A stretch of DNA of 64,000 nt. Source: an uncultured virus (IMG/VR IMGVR_UViG_3300038464_000026) (taxonomy: Duplodnaviria; Heunggongvirae; Uroviricota; Caudoviricetes; Crassvirales). Position 1 is the stretch's first letter; each line of letters begins with the position of its first letter. A model generated the notes under the pieces. That model made no database searches. It was not told where the DNA came from and was given only the letters and a program-made list of their open reading frames with translations. Shown here one piece after another: positions 47,474 through 62,400 of the stretch. The stretch lies in the IMG/VR virus record IMGVR_UViG_3300038464_000026; one strand, written 5' to 3'. The translations under genes were made by a program, and so were the position numbers.

Positions 47474-50400
47474 TTATTTATCTTGTTCCCAAAAGTAAGG
47501 ATGTAGCTTATATGTATCAATATAGTTACTAATATCTCTATTTATATTATTAGATATAGGAATTGCATTCATAAGATGTACTCCAAACTTACGTTGATGT
47601 TTATGTTTACCTGATTGAAAATATTCTTTCTTATCATGCCTATAGCAATGTAAAGCATCTGCTCCTAAAGTATATATTAGTTTAATTGTACGAACTGAAG
47701 CAAAACCACTAGCCCCCATAGGATTACTATCAACTAGCAAACCATATATAGGAACATAAGCCATTTCAATATCTTTTAAAGAGTTAAGTAAATAAAGACA
47801 AGTGTTTAAGGCATAATTATGCTTATATTTACTATCTTTCATTAATCTATATAATTCAGCACTAAGAGACCATATAATAGCCATTCCTGCAAAAGCAGTT
47901 ACACTACGTATAATAGAAGCTCTATCTCTCAAACTTGTATTTGCCCAATGTAATGTAGCATGATTTACATAATCTCCATAACCTTTAACTATAGCATTTA
48001 TAGTCCCTAATACATCCCTTTCCTCTCCGCCAAACTTATTTTTAGATTCTTCGGAGAAAGGTACTGTTAAAACATTCATCATACCTTTGAAAAATGCAGT
48101 ACGGTCTCCTTTATTCATGGTTTGTAAAGCCTCATCATAATAACCTTTTTTATTTAAATCCCAAGCTTTACCTGTAGCTCCAAATCGTCTATCATAACCA
48201 GGCTTAATCCAACGATGGAATATCATAGAAAGCATACCACCTAGAGTACCTTCAAATGCCCCTTTATCTTCTACATTATATATACCATGAAATGTACCAT
48301 TAATAGCTCTAACTTTATTAAAGAAAGCACTTAATGCTTTATCATCTAATTTAACACCTTTTTTAAGTTCTGCTTCACCATTTCTAAGTTCAAATGAAGA
48401 TATAAGATTAGGATTTTGTTCAAACTCTTTAGTATATTTTTCTTTAAGTTTCTTATATTCTTTAGGGTCTATGATAGTACCTTCTTTAGGAAGTCTATCT
48501 TCTAAATAATCAATTAATGCCTCAACTTTGTAAGTAACTTTATTACCAGATTTATCAATAATCTTATGCTCAACAATTCTATGACTATACATCATTTCAA
48601 ATAATACATTTACCTGATTAAAATGTACAGTACTATGTAATACAGCAAATCCAGCCTTATTAACCATATGCCATCCAATAGCTTTACCTAATTTAGCAAA
48701 TATACCAGTTTTATAAGCAACAGCCTTATCAATACTAGTAAGCATAACTCCTGACTTCTTTATAAGAGCTTGCTGTATAGTAGTAGACTTTCCACTCATA
48801 TTAATTGGGTCTGTAAAGTAACTCTTCAAACCTTTCATATAAAACCAATATGCTTTATAAGAATCTTTACGATTACCTATTTCTTTACTTTGAGTTAATT
48901 CAAACTTTCTAATAGGAGCAAGTATCATATATTTAGCTTGACCTAGATAATTAAATAATAATCCTAAATTAGTAGTAAGACCTTGAAGATACTTAACCCA
49001 TTTACTTTTAGCTGCTTCACTATAAAAATCCTCATAGAACACCATCTTCATAAAGTTCTCAAAATGTTTATTTGCCTTAGAAGCATCACCAGTTATATCT
49101 TCCTTTTTACTATTCTCAAAAGTCTTACTCCTAATCATAGCTCCTACAAGTTTCAATTCATCTTCTAAATCAGCTTTAGCATTATATTTAATCCCTCCTG
49201 CTGTAAAGTCTAATAGTATATTAATTAAATTATTCTCAAGACCATCAGACATATGTTCTTTATTCTCTTTATCAATCTTCCTATTTTCTAATTCAACTTC
49301 TTTAAGTGATTTGAAACTATGCCCATAATTATTTATTTCTTCTAAAGCTCTAATTTCATATTCTTCATTACTCTCTCCTATATTATATTCTTTAGTTTTA
49401 GGATTAATTCCTTCACCATATTTGGGTATATATATTCTAGGTACAGTATTCATAAATCCTAAACCTTCCATGTTTAAATTATATGCTACATCACCATTAA
49501 TATCACGACCTATCTTATCATCATCTTTACCATCTTTACCTTTAACTTTAAGTCTAGTAGTTCTATATGAAGGAATAAGCCCTTTCTTTTGATGACCTTC
49601 ACTGTATTCATTCACAGTATCTATCATAAATTTAAGCATTTCCTTATCTTTATCATCGAATTTATCAAACTCAGGATTTTTAAATCTATCGGATGGAGTA
49701 CTAAATTCACCACCTACAGTATAATATTTACCACCTTTAATAAAGTTTTCAGCTTTCCATTTGTCAAAAGCTTCCGTAGTTAAATGTTCAGATTGATATA
49801 TAGTTCTAGCTTTTTCTATTTTATAATCTACATTTTTTGTATTATCTTCATACCATTTAGCTATTTCAAATTTACTCATTCTACTTACCCATCCCTCTTT
49901 ATCTTCCATGTCAGATAAAGATAAATCACCTTCTTTATAAGATTTATCATATTCTTTACTAAATCTATCTTTTATCTCACCTATCTCTTTCTCCTTAGCT
50001 TCATTGTATTTATTGTAATCATGCTCTCTAATAAACATTCTATCTTTATCTATAAATTTAGTAAGTTCTTTCCAATGCCTACGTACATCTCCTCTTGTAA
50101 ATATATCTTTACTTATAACTTTAGTAAAGTTCTTCCAATGCTCTTTATCTAATAGTTTTTCAAATGCACCTTTACTTTTTAAATAATCTTGAAATTTATT
50201 TACAATTATAGTACGAACTTCTCTAATTTTAGTATCAGTATTAAGCTTCATATCTCTATATCTCTGACCAACATAAGTTAAAAAAGGTTCATTAGAATTA
50301 TTAATAGAATTAGCCCAACCCTGAATAGAAGATTCATCAACATGCCGAAAGTCATTTAAAAACTCTACTAATTCATCCAAATCTTTACCTTCAAATATAG

Positions 50401-53400
50401 GATTAGTAAGATTTGTAGCAAAGGCATCAGCAAATGTTTTATTCTCAAGTAAATCAACCTTACGATTAAGTATCTTTATATCTTCCTTTTTAGAATTAAT
50501 ACTCTTAATTAAACTAACTATTTCTTTTTGTACATCAGTTAGTGCTTCAGTATCTTCTCCAGGTAAATCATCTATATTATCTATAGCCTCATAAATATTA
50601 GCTAAAGTTTTAGCTTCATATATTGTCTTAAACATATCATTATATTCAGCTTTAGAAAGATTCTGTAATTTAAATCCTCTATAGTTTTCAAGCATATCAC
50701 CTATATTAGTTAAAGTATCATCTATACTTTTTCCAATAGCTTCATAAGTTTTACCAAAACTCTTCATTAATTCAACCTCTTCATAAGATGCAATATCAAA
50801 TGATTCAGGATGTTTTAGAAAAAACACAAGTTCACTAGTATTAGCAGTTACTTCTTTAAGTGTATTAGAAAGATTACTTTTTCTTTTTGTATTTTTAACA
50901 ATATTCTCATGTAATTCACTTAAAGCTTTTACACTATTGGTATGTTTAATTACATCAGCAGTAGTTATAGCTTTTCTATCTATAGCATCTTTTTTAACTT
51001 TAATAGCATCTTTTACATTATCTCCTCGTAAGAAGAAATCGTGCATATTATTTACATAATTAGGAAGTTTAATTTCAGTCTTAAACTCTTCTTTATCTCC
51101 AAGACCTACTGTAGCTCCAAATTGAACATTATTGTATTGAAATTCACCTTTATCATTTCTGGTTATATCAACTGTAATAGGAATTATTTTTAACTCAGCT
51201 TCTACAGGATTTACTAGATTTTCATTAAGTATGTAATTATATGTGGCTAATCTAACAGCATATTCATTAGAAGTTGACTGTTTGATACCTTTTAAAAAAC
51301 TATTTAATTCACCTTTAAATTCAGATTTATCCCCTTCATAATTAAACCAATTAAACTTACCTTCACGTTTAGTCTTAAAATCATATATAGTATGTTTACC
51401 AGACTTATTAATATGAAGTAAATCTAATGAACCCCCCATACCATCTACACTACCTTTACCATGATTATCTTCAACTATTCTTAGCTCAGAATATAATTTA
51501 CCTGTTTTCTTTAAATTATCAATCCAATCAGTTAATTGAATAGGTAAATCAGATTTAGTTCCATTTTTAATATAACTATGTATTTTATTATGAATACCAG
51601 TACCTACACCATCTCTAAGATAATCCCAAAACTTAACTACATCTTCTGTTGTATTGAGTTTAAGTTCCTTAGCATAAGGTTTACCAACTTCATTCTTAGC
51701 AAGGGATATATCAAATTTATCTTGATATTCCTCTAATACCTTAGATACTCTCTCATATCGTTTACCTGTTTTAGTATTTATATATAGCCCATCTTCCTCT
51801 GTTCCTCGTTCTATAGCATTTTTATATTTATCTGAATCATCATCTATTTCATCTATATTCTTTTTATGTTCAGCAAAGAAATCAACTAATTTACCATTTC
51901 TAGTACTTCTAAGTCTACCCTTTAATAAATCTAATGCTAATTCTCTAGCTACAGTCTGTTCTTTCCCAAACATTCCACCTGTTACTTTATGTAATAAATC
52001 AGCAAATCTATCAAATAGTCTATTAACCCAAAACCTAAACTTACCAACTTTCCCTTTCTCTTCAAATAATTCATTAGCATCTATTCCAATAGCAGTATTC
52101 AATATTTCTAATTGCCTAGCATCATCATCTTTATCAGCATATATTGCAGATATATCATTCCATAATTTAGTTCCTCTAAGTTGTTCAACTCCAGTTCTAA
52201 TAAATTCATTATCTAATCCACCTAATAAATGTAATAATACATGTCCATATTCGTGAAAAGCACTATCTCTTCTAATATCAGTAGGATTATATTTAACTAC
52301 AAACTTACCATTTTTACCTTCAACTTCTGCATGACCTGATATATTTCTATCTTCAATAAATGGTACATTAACTCCATGCTTAGCCCATATACTATTCAAA
52401 TACTTCATCTTCTTTGAGAACCTATCAGCAGAATCCTCTGGTAAAATATTAGCTCTTTGTTCAAATCTAAATTGTTCACCAGAAGGTTTAACATTAATAT
52501 CAGGTACGTCTAATAGTTTCAATTCAGACTTAAAAATTTCATTCTGAAATACTTCAAAATCACTATATGATTTAAGAGCATCTTCCACATATTCTTTTTC
52601 ATTATTATATGGGAATTTCTGATTAGGATGCTCTTTATTCCATCTATCTTCATTTTTATCATAAGCTGTAATAATAACTTGAGCAATATCACTATTATAA
52701 TAATCTCCTAATTCATCATCATTATCTTTATCAAAATGAGTAATAAAATCTTTTAAATCATCAACTTTAATATCCCTATTAGCTAATTTAATAGTAGGAG
52801 ATTCTTTAGGTTCTGTAAAATCTAATGAAGTTTGTTCAATTTTAGACTTAGGCTCTTTAAGTCCTCTTACTTCATTAATATAATCTCTTAAAGCATCAGC
52901 ATGAGAATAGTACTTTTCAGTCTTATAATATAATAATGTTTTACCATCTAATTTACCACTATTAATTTGTTCTAATATCCATTTTCTTTGTTCAGGTTTA
53001 ACATTAGTCCATTCTTTACCATTTTTATCAGTAAATGTAGCATCAGGATTCTTTAACCATTCTTTATATGCAGTAACAGCATCATTTATATTCTTCATTT
53101 GTATAGTACCTGTTCCTTTATCTGTCCCAGTAAATGGATTACCATAATGTTCATCTGTATTATATTTTCTTAATACATTAACTTCATTAGAATTAGATTC
53201 TTTAACATCAGAGAGTCTACTAAAATCCCTAACTTTACTAGGAATATATCTAACTTCATATTCTTTAGGAAGCACTACATTACTAGGAATATTATCTTTT
53301 AGTTCACTAAATATATTCTTAATTTCATCTACTTTATATCCTGCTAAATTTGAACCTAATTTGGTTACTAAGAACTTCTTATCTGGAGTATTCTTAGCAA

Positions 53401-56400
53401 AAGTAAGCATTTTATTAATACCTTCTTTTATCTCATCTAAAGAAGATGATTTAGAAACTTTCCAATCTTTCTTAGTTATAATAGCATAAGATTGACCTTG
53501 TAATCCTTCTGCTTGACCCTGTATAGCCCCAAACTTATCCTTAGCTATTAATGCAGCACCTTTACCATGATTACCTTCTGCATTACTTCCAAATACAAAT
53601 ATTTCATTAGGTTTCAATGAGGTTATATTATCAGGAGTAGATTCTTTAGGAATATTACTCACTTTTTTATAAGCATCAATTAGAGATTTAATAAAAGAAT
53701 TTGATTTTCCTTCTCCTGATTCCCAAAAATTATCTCCTTTAACTATATGTGTACACTTTTCTAAATATTCTATTCCTCCTCTTTCAGTTATTCCTTTTAC
53801 TAGTTCAGGATAAGTTTTTAATTTAATCTCTATTAAATCACTCATTAATTTATTAGTAGTCTTATTTTTAAGATATTCAGTTTTATTAGCTTGATAAGCA
53901 GCTTCTACGTCCTTATATTTTTTTCCATTATATTCAATAGGATAATCTTCACTTAAATGACCTTTAGATTTAGCTAATACTGTGGGATTAGTTAAAGATG
54001 CAGCAAATCCTTTACTATTAGAACTAATATTATCACCTTTAATTTTTTCATTAAGCAATTTAATATTATCCTTATTTTCCTCCAAAGGGGGATTCTCTAT
54101 ATTCTCTTCAGTTCTATTAAGTTTACCACTAGCTATACTTCTTAGCATCTTTTTTTCTAAATATTTATCTAAGAACCTTTCATCTCTACTATAATCTTCT
54201 ATAGTAAAATAAGATTCATTAATTTGGTCTTTAAATTGTTGTTCTGTTGCACCAACTTTATTACTATCAAACATAGTAGGTTCATTAGTAATTTCTTGAA
54301 CATTCCATTTACCTTTAGTTTCAACAGGATAAAATATCATATATTTAATATCCCTATTAGTATGATACCTTTTAAATATAGTATATGATTTAGTTTTATC
54401 ATTACGTACTTTAATATACATACTATTCTTAATAGAATTATCTATGTGTTTAGTAAATTTATCAATATTATAAAATATCATAGGAGTATTAGGATTACTA
54501 TCCCATCTTGGAGTACCCCAATCAAGTTCATTATTATGAAACATAGCTCTAGCTTCTGGTATATTATTTATATTACCTCTTATAAATATATCAGTTAATT
54601 CCTTAGGCAATGATATAGTTCCATTGTGTATATCTTTATTTGCGTTATTAAGCACATCCCCAACTTCTGCATTAATTAAAGCTTCAATAGGTACTAATTT
54701 AGCAAAACTATTATTTCCATAAGCAAACCCAAATGTATCTTTAGCATATTTAACAGCACTATCAAATAATTCATTTTCAAATTCTTCATCTATAGACATA
54801 TTAACACTACCTCTATGATTCATAGCTTGGAAACTATTAATCAAATCATTATCTAAATCAATCTCATTATGAGTATTCTTAAAATCTACATAATGAAATT
54901 CATTTTTATCAATATCATAAGGAGATAACTTAGTATCTAAATAATTAAGTACATGCTTAGATAAAGGGTTTAAATCAAGCCTTATTTTTTGAGCTTCTAT
55001 TTTCTCACCAAAACTTAAATCTTTAAATGTATCAAATGATATATTTTTAGAAGGTTTATTAATTTCAATCTTACCAACTCCTAAATTCTTAATCGTTTCT
55101 TCTCGATTAGGTTTAAACCAATCATGTTCTTCTAGTAGATGATTAATAAGCATATTAATAAATTTTCTATATAATCTATCTTTAGCACTTTGATTAAATA
55201 TATTTAAATCATTATATATCTTATTAATAAGGAAATGAACTTGATTACTTTCAATAGTAAAATGTTTAGCAAGTATATCTATAGCAGCTTGATTAACATA
55301 TTTTACATAATGCTCTAAATTAGGATATACAGATTCTTTATTAAATCCAAATAAATTAGGAAATACAGCATATTCAAAAGGTTTACCATTTATGATTATA
55401 TTACCATTAGTTTTAAGTATATTATCTATATAATCTCTATTAAATGATACATTATCTCCAGCACCAGCTTTATAACTATTTAATTTCTGAGAAGCACTAA
55501 GAAGGTCTTTACCAACCTTAGTTAATTCCTCATATCTATTAATTAAATTTAATTGTTGAGCATAATATATAACTTTTTGTTCAGGAGATAATTCATCTAT
55601 TTTAGTACCATTTTTAAGAATAGTATTCATTTCAGGGACAGTATAATATTCAGGACTATCTTTATCGTAATATTTACCTATAAGTTTTATATTAGATTTG
55701 TTAAATATATTATAAGTATAGTTTTTATTAGCTATATTCTCATCAATTTTTACTACATCATAGTCTTTAAATAAAGTTGGGTCAAATGAGGTTGGGTCTA
55801 TTTCTTTCTGAGTTTGATATAGTAATTTAGCATATTTGTTTCTTATATAAGCCACTGCAAACTTCTTATCTACTTCTGAACTAGTTAATAATGAATTATC
55901 AGTATGCACTTTAGTTATATCTCTAATACTATTTTGAGCTATAAGATTCCAAGCATAATCATAATCACCATTTAAAAGAACAGAGCTATGAACGATACTA
56001 TCAGTAAATTTATTATAATTAACAGGTATATCTTCAAGTTTGGAAATATCTGTCATAGCATCTAAAAGTTGACCAAGTTCAGCAGTACTTACTTTTTTAT
56101 GATTAATATAAACTATATCAGGATTTTTATCATCTTTTGTAATAATACCCCTTTTTTCTAAATCCTCTAATTTAAGTCCTCTTCTATCTTCTAAATCTTT
56201 TAAACTATATTTTTGAGTTACACCCTCAGATAATTCTCCTCCAATAAAACTTAGAGCATCTATAGTAGGTATTTCACCAGCAATATGTGATATAAGTTCT
56301 TTTCCACTACTATGTTTATCTGTAAATCTGTGTTGCTCATTAAGTGTACTATATGATTCAATTCCAGTAGGGTCTACTATATCTCTGACTTTACTTGCTG

Positions 56401-59400
56401 CATCCATAGATTCTTTATATAATACAGGCTTAACTTGAGCATATAATGTAGAAGGATGAGAATATATAGTTTTCCATATACTTACTAATTCATTCTCATC
56501 TGCTTCTTGAGAACCTGGTTTAGCATCAGTATTATGAATATGAATATATAATTTATCACTATCATTATCACTACCCATAGCAGTCATAGCATGAGGAGGA
56601 ATTATACATATACCTCCAGATGATTTAGGTAATATTTCAACTACTTTAAATACACCTCCACTATGTAAATCTGAAAATGGAGTTCTATACCCAAACATAG
56701 ATTGTTGTTCTTCTGTAAGTTCATTAGCAAGTTTCAATACAGGTTCACCATTTACGAATATTAATTTTCCATTTTCATCAGATTTATAACATTCATCTCC
56801 CCAAGCACTAATAGCTATTTCATGTACTATTCCTTTTTTCTCATCATAGTAACTTTTAACAGATTTACCTCCTCTTCCAGCATTACTAACTATAGTAAAC
56901 TGTCCACCATTTATTTTATAATTAGTAATTCTATTATCAAATAGAGCCATTAAATCTTGAGCTACTTTATTAGTAATAGAAGGCCAATTAAGTCCCATAG
57001 GAAGTTCACCATTCTCATTAGTTTTAAAAAGTAATTGAATATTTATATTAGTACCAAATTTAGAACTAGAAGAATTTAGTATCTTAGCTAATTCATTAGG
57101 GTCATTTAATTCACCTTTTAATTTATCAGATTCTCCCTTTATTATATTATATTGAGCATTATTGAACCTAGTAAATAATTCAGTACCACTAATATTATTT
57201 CCATTATGATTATATGTTTCGGTAAGTATAAGATGATTAATAATCATAGCCTTAATTTGCTTACTGACTCTTATCTTAGCTTTCCATGAATGGTCAGGTA
57301 TTTCAACCTGACTACCAGTAGCAGAAGTAGGAATATCTGTAATTTCACCAGTAAACTTACTATTTATAACTGAACCTACACCATGTGCACCAACTTTAAC
57401 AGCAGAATTATAAGATACTTTATCTATTCTAGCATCTTCTATTGCCTTTCTAATTTCAGCTAATAGACTACCTTCATTTGCATAATAATCATCTAGTCTA
57501 TAAATAGCACTCTTGAGTTGAGTACTAAATATTTGATTTAAATCTGGATTATATATTCTATCATAAGTATAACTTTTTTGTACTCCTAATTGAGGAGCAT
57601 CATATTCATCCATGTGTATAAACTTATATACTCCATCTTTACTTTTTTCTATATAACCATTAAGATTAACACCTTTTTCAAGTAGATATTTAATATAGAA
57701 ATCATTAGATACTAATTCTTGACCATCAGATTCAGTAGTACCATCTCTGTATGTTTGAAGTGCTTCATTTATCTTTCTATCACTAATTCCTTGTTTTCTT
57801 AATGCTTTCTCTAAATCATCTATTATATTAGATTTACCCATTATGTCATGGAGTGTTATATTCTTATAACCATCTCCCATGTGTAATCCAGAGAAGTTAC
57901 TTCTAGGAGCTAATAATTCCTTAGCTCTTTTAGCTTTATCTTCAGAAGTAGCATATTCAGCATCTGTTCCAAGAAATAAGTTACCTGTTTCAACATTATT
58001 AATATAACTATTTACTCCAAATTCAGTTATAACTTGTTTCCATACACCTCCTGCTATAGGATTTTTACTATCAGTCCATATACCCTCACTCATCTTTTCA
58101 AATGGAGCATACTTAGGAAGTTCAGTATTAATTATATTGTCTATAAACTTATCTACAATATCTGTTATTTCTTTGACTGTTTTATTTTGTGATTCATTCT
58201 TCCTATCTCTTTTACTATCATCAATTAAGAAATCTATCCCATCAACTATCATACCTTGAGAGAATAAATCTTTACTAAGATTATTTAATTCAGGTATATT
58301 ATGAAACTTAAATACTCTACCTATAGCATTATCATCTTTGTCAATATATGTAGGATTCTTAGTTTTTTTATCTTCAATATAATGATAATTCTTTACAAGA
58401 CCTGTTAAATCATCTTTTAATTTATACTTACCATCTTCTTGTTGTTCAAACATTTGATGTTTAGCTTGTAACATTCTAGCAAGTTCTTGTCTAACTGTAT
58501 TCATAATTCCATTATATAATGGAGAGTTCTGTTTAAGCTTACCATTAAGATAATCTCTCTCAGATGTATAAATTATAGGAGCAGCAAGTCCATATCTTTG
58601 ACCACTATCACCTTGCGTAACTAATGGAGTTCTACTTATATGACTATTATCAATAGGTATAAGATATGAATATAAATCATATAGATAACGGTCAGAGTTA
58701 GTCATTTCGCTATTATCTTTACTATCTATACCAAACTTCATACCTTCAACAGGATATATTCTAAGTTTAGTAAAATCTTTTATAGTTTTTTCTATATCCT
58801 TAGAGAACCAATTACAAAAAGATATTCCAGGAATATGCTTATATAATATCAATTTAGCTCTAACAGCTTTCTGTATTTCAGGATTACTATTATTAAATTT
58901 ATCAAATTCATTAGTTAATGAGGATGGAGGACTAATAGGATATTTTAACTTACCTTTAAAATCTAGATAACTGGCTTGATAACTAACCATTCTAAATGGA
59001 TATACTGCCTCAGCTAATTTGTTAACTCTATCTCCTATAGTTCTATCCTTCCCAACTTTACCTTCTTTATCAAGTTTACTACCTAAATATCCAGCTATAA
59101 ATCTTAATGGCACAACAAATATTTTATAAAAAGCTTCTACAGGAGCTTCTTGAGTATTCATAAAATTAGATATTTCATCAGGGGTTATTCTAATACCAAA
59201 TTCCTTATATTGTTTACTAACAATATTAATTACTTTATCTAATTTATCAGAGGTAATATCTTCATTATATTTAGTAGTACCTGCTGTATCTTTAGTAGTA
59301 AGACCACCTTCTAAATTATGAAGTAATCCTTCTCCAATATTACTCTTTTTAATAGGGTCATATTTTCCTTTAGTTGTTAATCCACTTTCTAAATCTTTTC

Positions 59401-62400
59401 TTACTTTCTCTTCTAAAGTATTCATTTTTTGACCTAATTGCTCATACCAACTATCTACTAATTGATGTGATATATCTTTATAAGAATGTTGTACTTTAGC
59501 TATTATTTTATAAGAACCATCATTACTAAATATTTTTGTAAAATGTATTCCTAATTCATCTCTTAAAGATTGACTAAATGAGGTAAAAAATGCAGCAACT
59601 AAATCCTTATTATCCCCGTTGAGACGCTTAATTATTTCTTTTACAGTAGGATTACTTGAAGACAATTTATTTAATTTATAAAACATATCTTGTACAGTAC
59701 TAGACCTTAATATTCCATTAGCACCATCAGATAATGTATTAAATATATCACTATAATTAGTAAATTTAGGTAATCCTGTAATATCATTTATTTTGTATTC
59801 TCCTTTCATATTGGTTAAAGGAAGATTTCTTAGAAAATTCTTAACTCTAATATTTACACTATTATTTATATTAATAATATGGTTATCTTCTTGAAATCCC
59901 TTACCTTCTGTTTCTCTTTTATTAGTCTCTTTTTCATCATCATCTATATTAATCTTATAGTCTCTATTTAAAGCTATCTGAGCTTTAGTCCATATACTAT
60001 TTTTAGTAGTAGATTCATCTTTAATATCATGTGCAGTTATAGCATCAACAACTTTAGCATGAAATGCTTGTTGAGCATCTGTACGAGGATATATATTACC
60101 TACATTAACATTATTTGGTTGACTCCAATTTCTAAATTGATTAGTAACTCTATCTTTAAGACTATACTTACTTCGTTTATCTTTATCTTTTTTAGTATCT
60201 CCTTGTGTAAGTTGGTCTATAGTATGATTTATTAATTCAATAGCAGCCTTTTCTTCAATTCCATTAAATCCTGTAGCAAATTTATCTTCTTGTTTAACTT
60301 GACTATACCCTACAAAAGGTTTAACACTATCATATTCATTTCTATCAAGTTCTATATTAGGGTCTAACATAAACTTAGCTAAATCACTTATAGTAGTTTT
60401 AGGCCCAAAGTAATCTAATCCAACTCTATTAGGAACTATACTTTTAATAGTTTCTTTAATTTCATTCCAGAAAGCTAATATAGCCTCTTTAAGAGATTGT
60501 TTAACATTTCTATCTTGTAATATATCAACTGCTTTTCTACCACTTACTTCAACTATAGCTTCTTCATAACCAGCATCAGTTAGTGATTTACCATCAGTGC
60601 TGTAATCTTTATCAGATAATATATTAGATAATAATCCTGAATTATTAATTAAAGTATCATTAATCTCATTTATTAAATTAAGATAAGCAGGAGTATTCTT
60701 AGTCTTTAAAGCACGTACAAGTGGATGTAAATATTCATGGAAAGGAGTATCATAACTAGCATATCTAGTATTAATATCAACTTCTTTACCAAATCTACCT
60801 TTGAATTTATCTGCAACATCAAGTAAATTAAATTTATAACCCATCTTCTCTCCAAGCATATTTAATATACCTTTTATTGCTTCAGGAGCATCTTTATAAG
60901 CAGGTAATATAGGATTACCTTTATAATCTACTGTAACACCTTCTTTAAGTCCTTTATGTTCTATAGAATTATTAACTTTACTAAATAATATAGATTCTTT
61001 ATCTATATTTTTAAGTGATATTTTGTTCCAACTATTACCATATTCATCAGTAAATTCAGTAAGCCTATCACCATATAATTTGGTTAATATATTTTTAATA
61101 GTTTTACCATAATAAGCTTCTATTGGAGCAAGTTTCTCAATACCTTGAGTTTTAAGGTCAGATTTTTGTTTTTCTAAATTTTCAATTCTATAATCTATCT
61201 TTTTTTGAGCAGATTCTATATCATTATATTCACTAAGAATTTCTCCATTTTTAGTAATAACTCTATAAGTAGCTTGTAAACTAGTAGGAAAATCATCATC
61301 TATACCTTTATCTATTTTTTCTATTTTAGCAGATTTCCATTTATCTAAAATTATATCTAAAGCAATTATTTCATCAGCTATAATTTGATGTCTTTGTATT
61401 CTTGCAGCAGTTTCACCCATTGGGAACATTATATTTTCATATCCTTTATTAGCTGCCTTCTGCATTATAGATTTAATAAAAAATGTAACCCAATTATTAT
61501 CTTTATTAAGTAATTGAAGAAATCTATTAGCATTATTAGGCTTTCCTTGTTCCCAATTATCTAATCTAGTTTGATATTCTTCCTCACTCTCATCAATATA
61601 CGGATGGTCATGTATATCTACCTCATGCTGATAGTCAAGTATATCTACCTCATATGACCAATGAGAATCATTTTTTCCTTTAGGTCTTTTAATATATACT
61701 AAACTATCCCTACCTCTACTTTTCTGAAATAAATCAGATTGTACTTCTTGTACTCTAAGGTCTTTAGTTTCAGTTTTATAGTAATCTCTTGCTATTTCAA
61801 CTGCATGATTATAAACATCACTTGAAACTTCTTTTTCAATAAAATCAGAACCTTTTTCCCTTATATAATATTTACCATTTTTACTATAATACTCATGAGT
61901 ACCAGTTTCTATTTTATTGCCATCATCTTTTATGAAACCATTACTTTTTTCATCAGCTCTAAACCATCCAATACTATTCTTATTAGCAAAATTAGCATGA
62001 GATTTAATACTAGGTTCTACTCCAGGCACTCTAATATCCCATTCTTGATAATTAGTACCACCTTTAGCAGATAAATATTGATAAACTTTAGATGATGTAA
62101 CAATATTATCTGGAAGAGAGTTATATATATTCTCATAATCTTCTTTATTAATCTCTTGACCATTTTTATAATATTTAACTCTATATAATTCATCAATCTC
62201 TTCATCAGTACGTCCTCTAGTAATATATGCTAAGGCAGCTTCATCAATATTATTTGTAGCTTCATCAAATGTTAAATCTTGTATATAATATCTATCTCCA
62301 TCTATATTAAAATTAGAAATTGATTGAGGAATAGTTTTATCATCAGATAAACCTCTTTTGATTACTATATCTTTCTTAAAATCTTTATCTAATAATTCAG

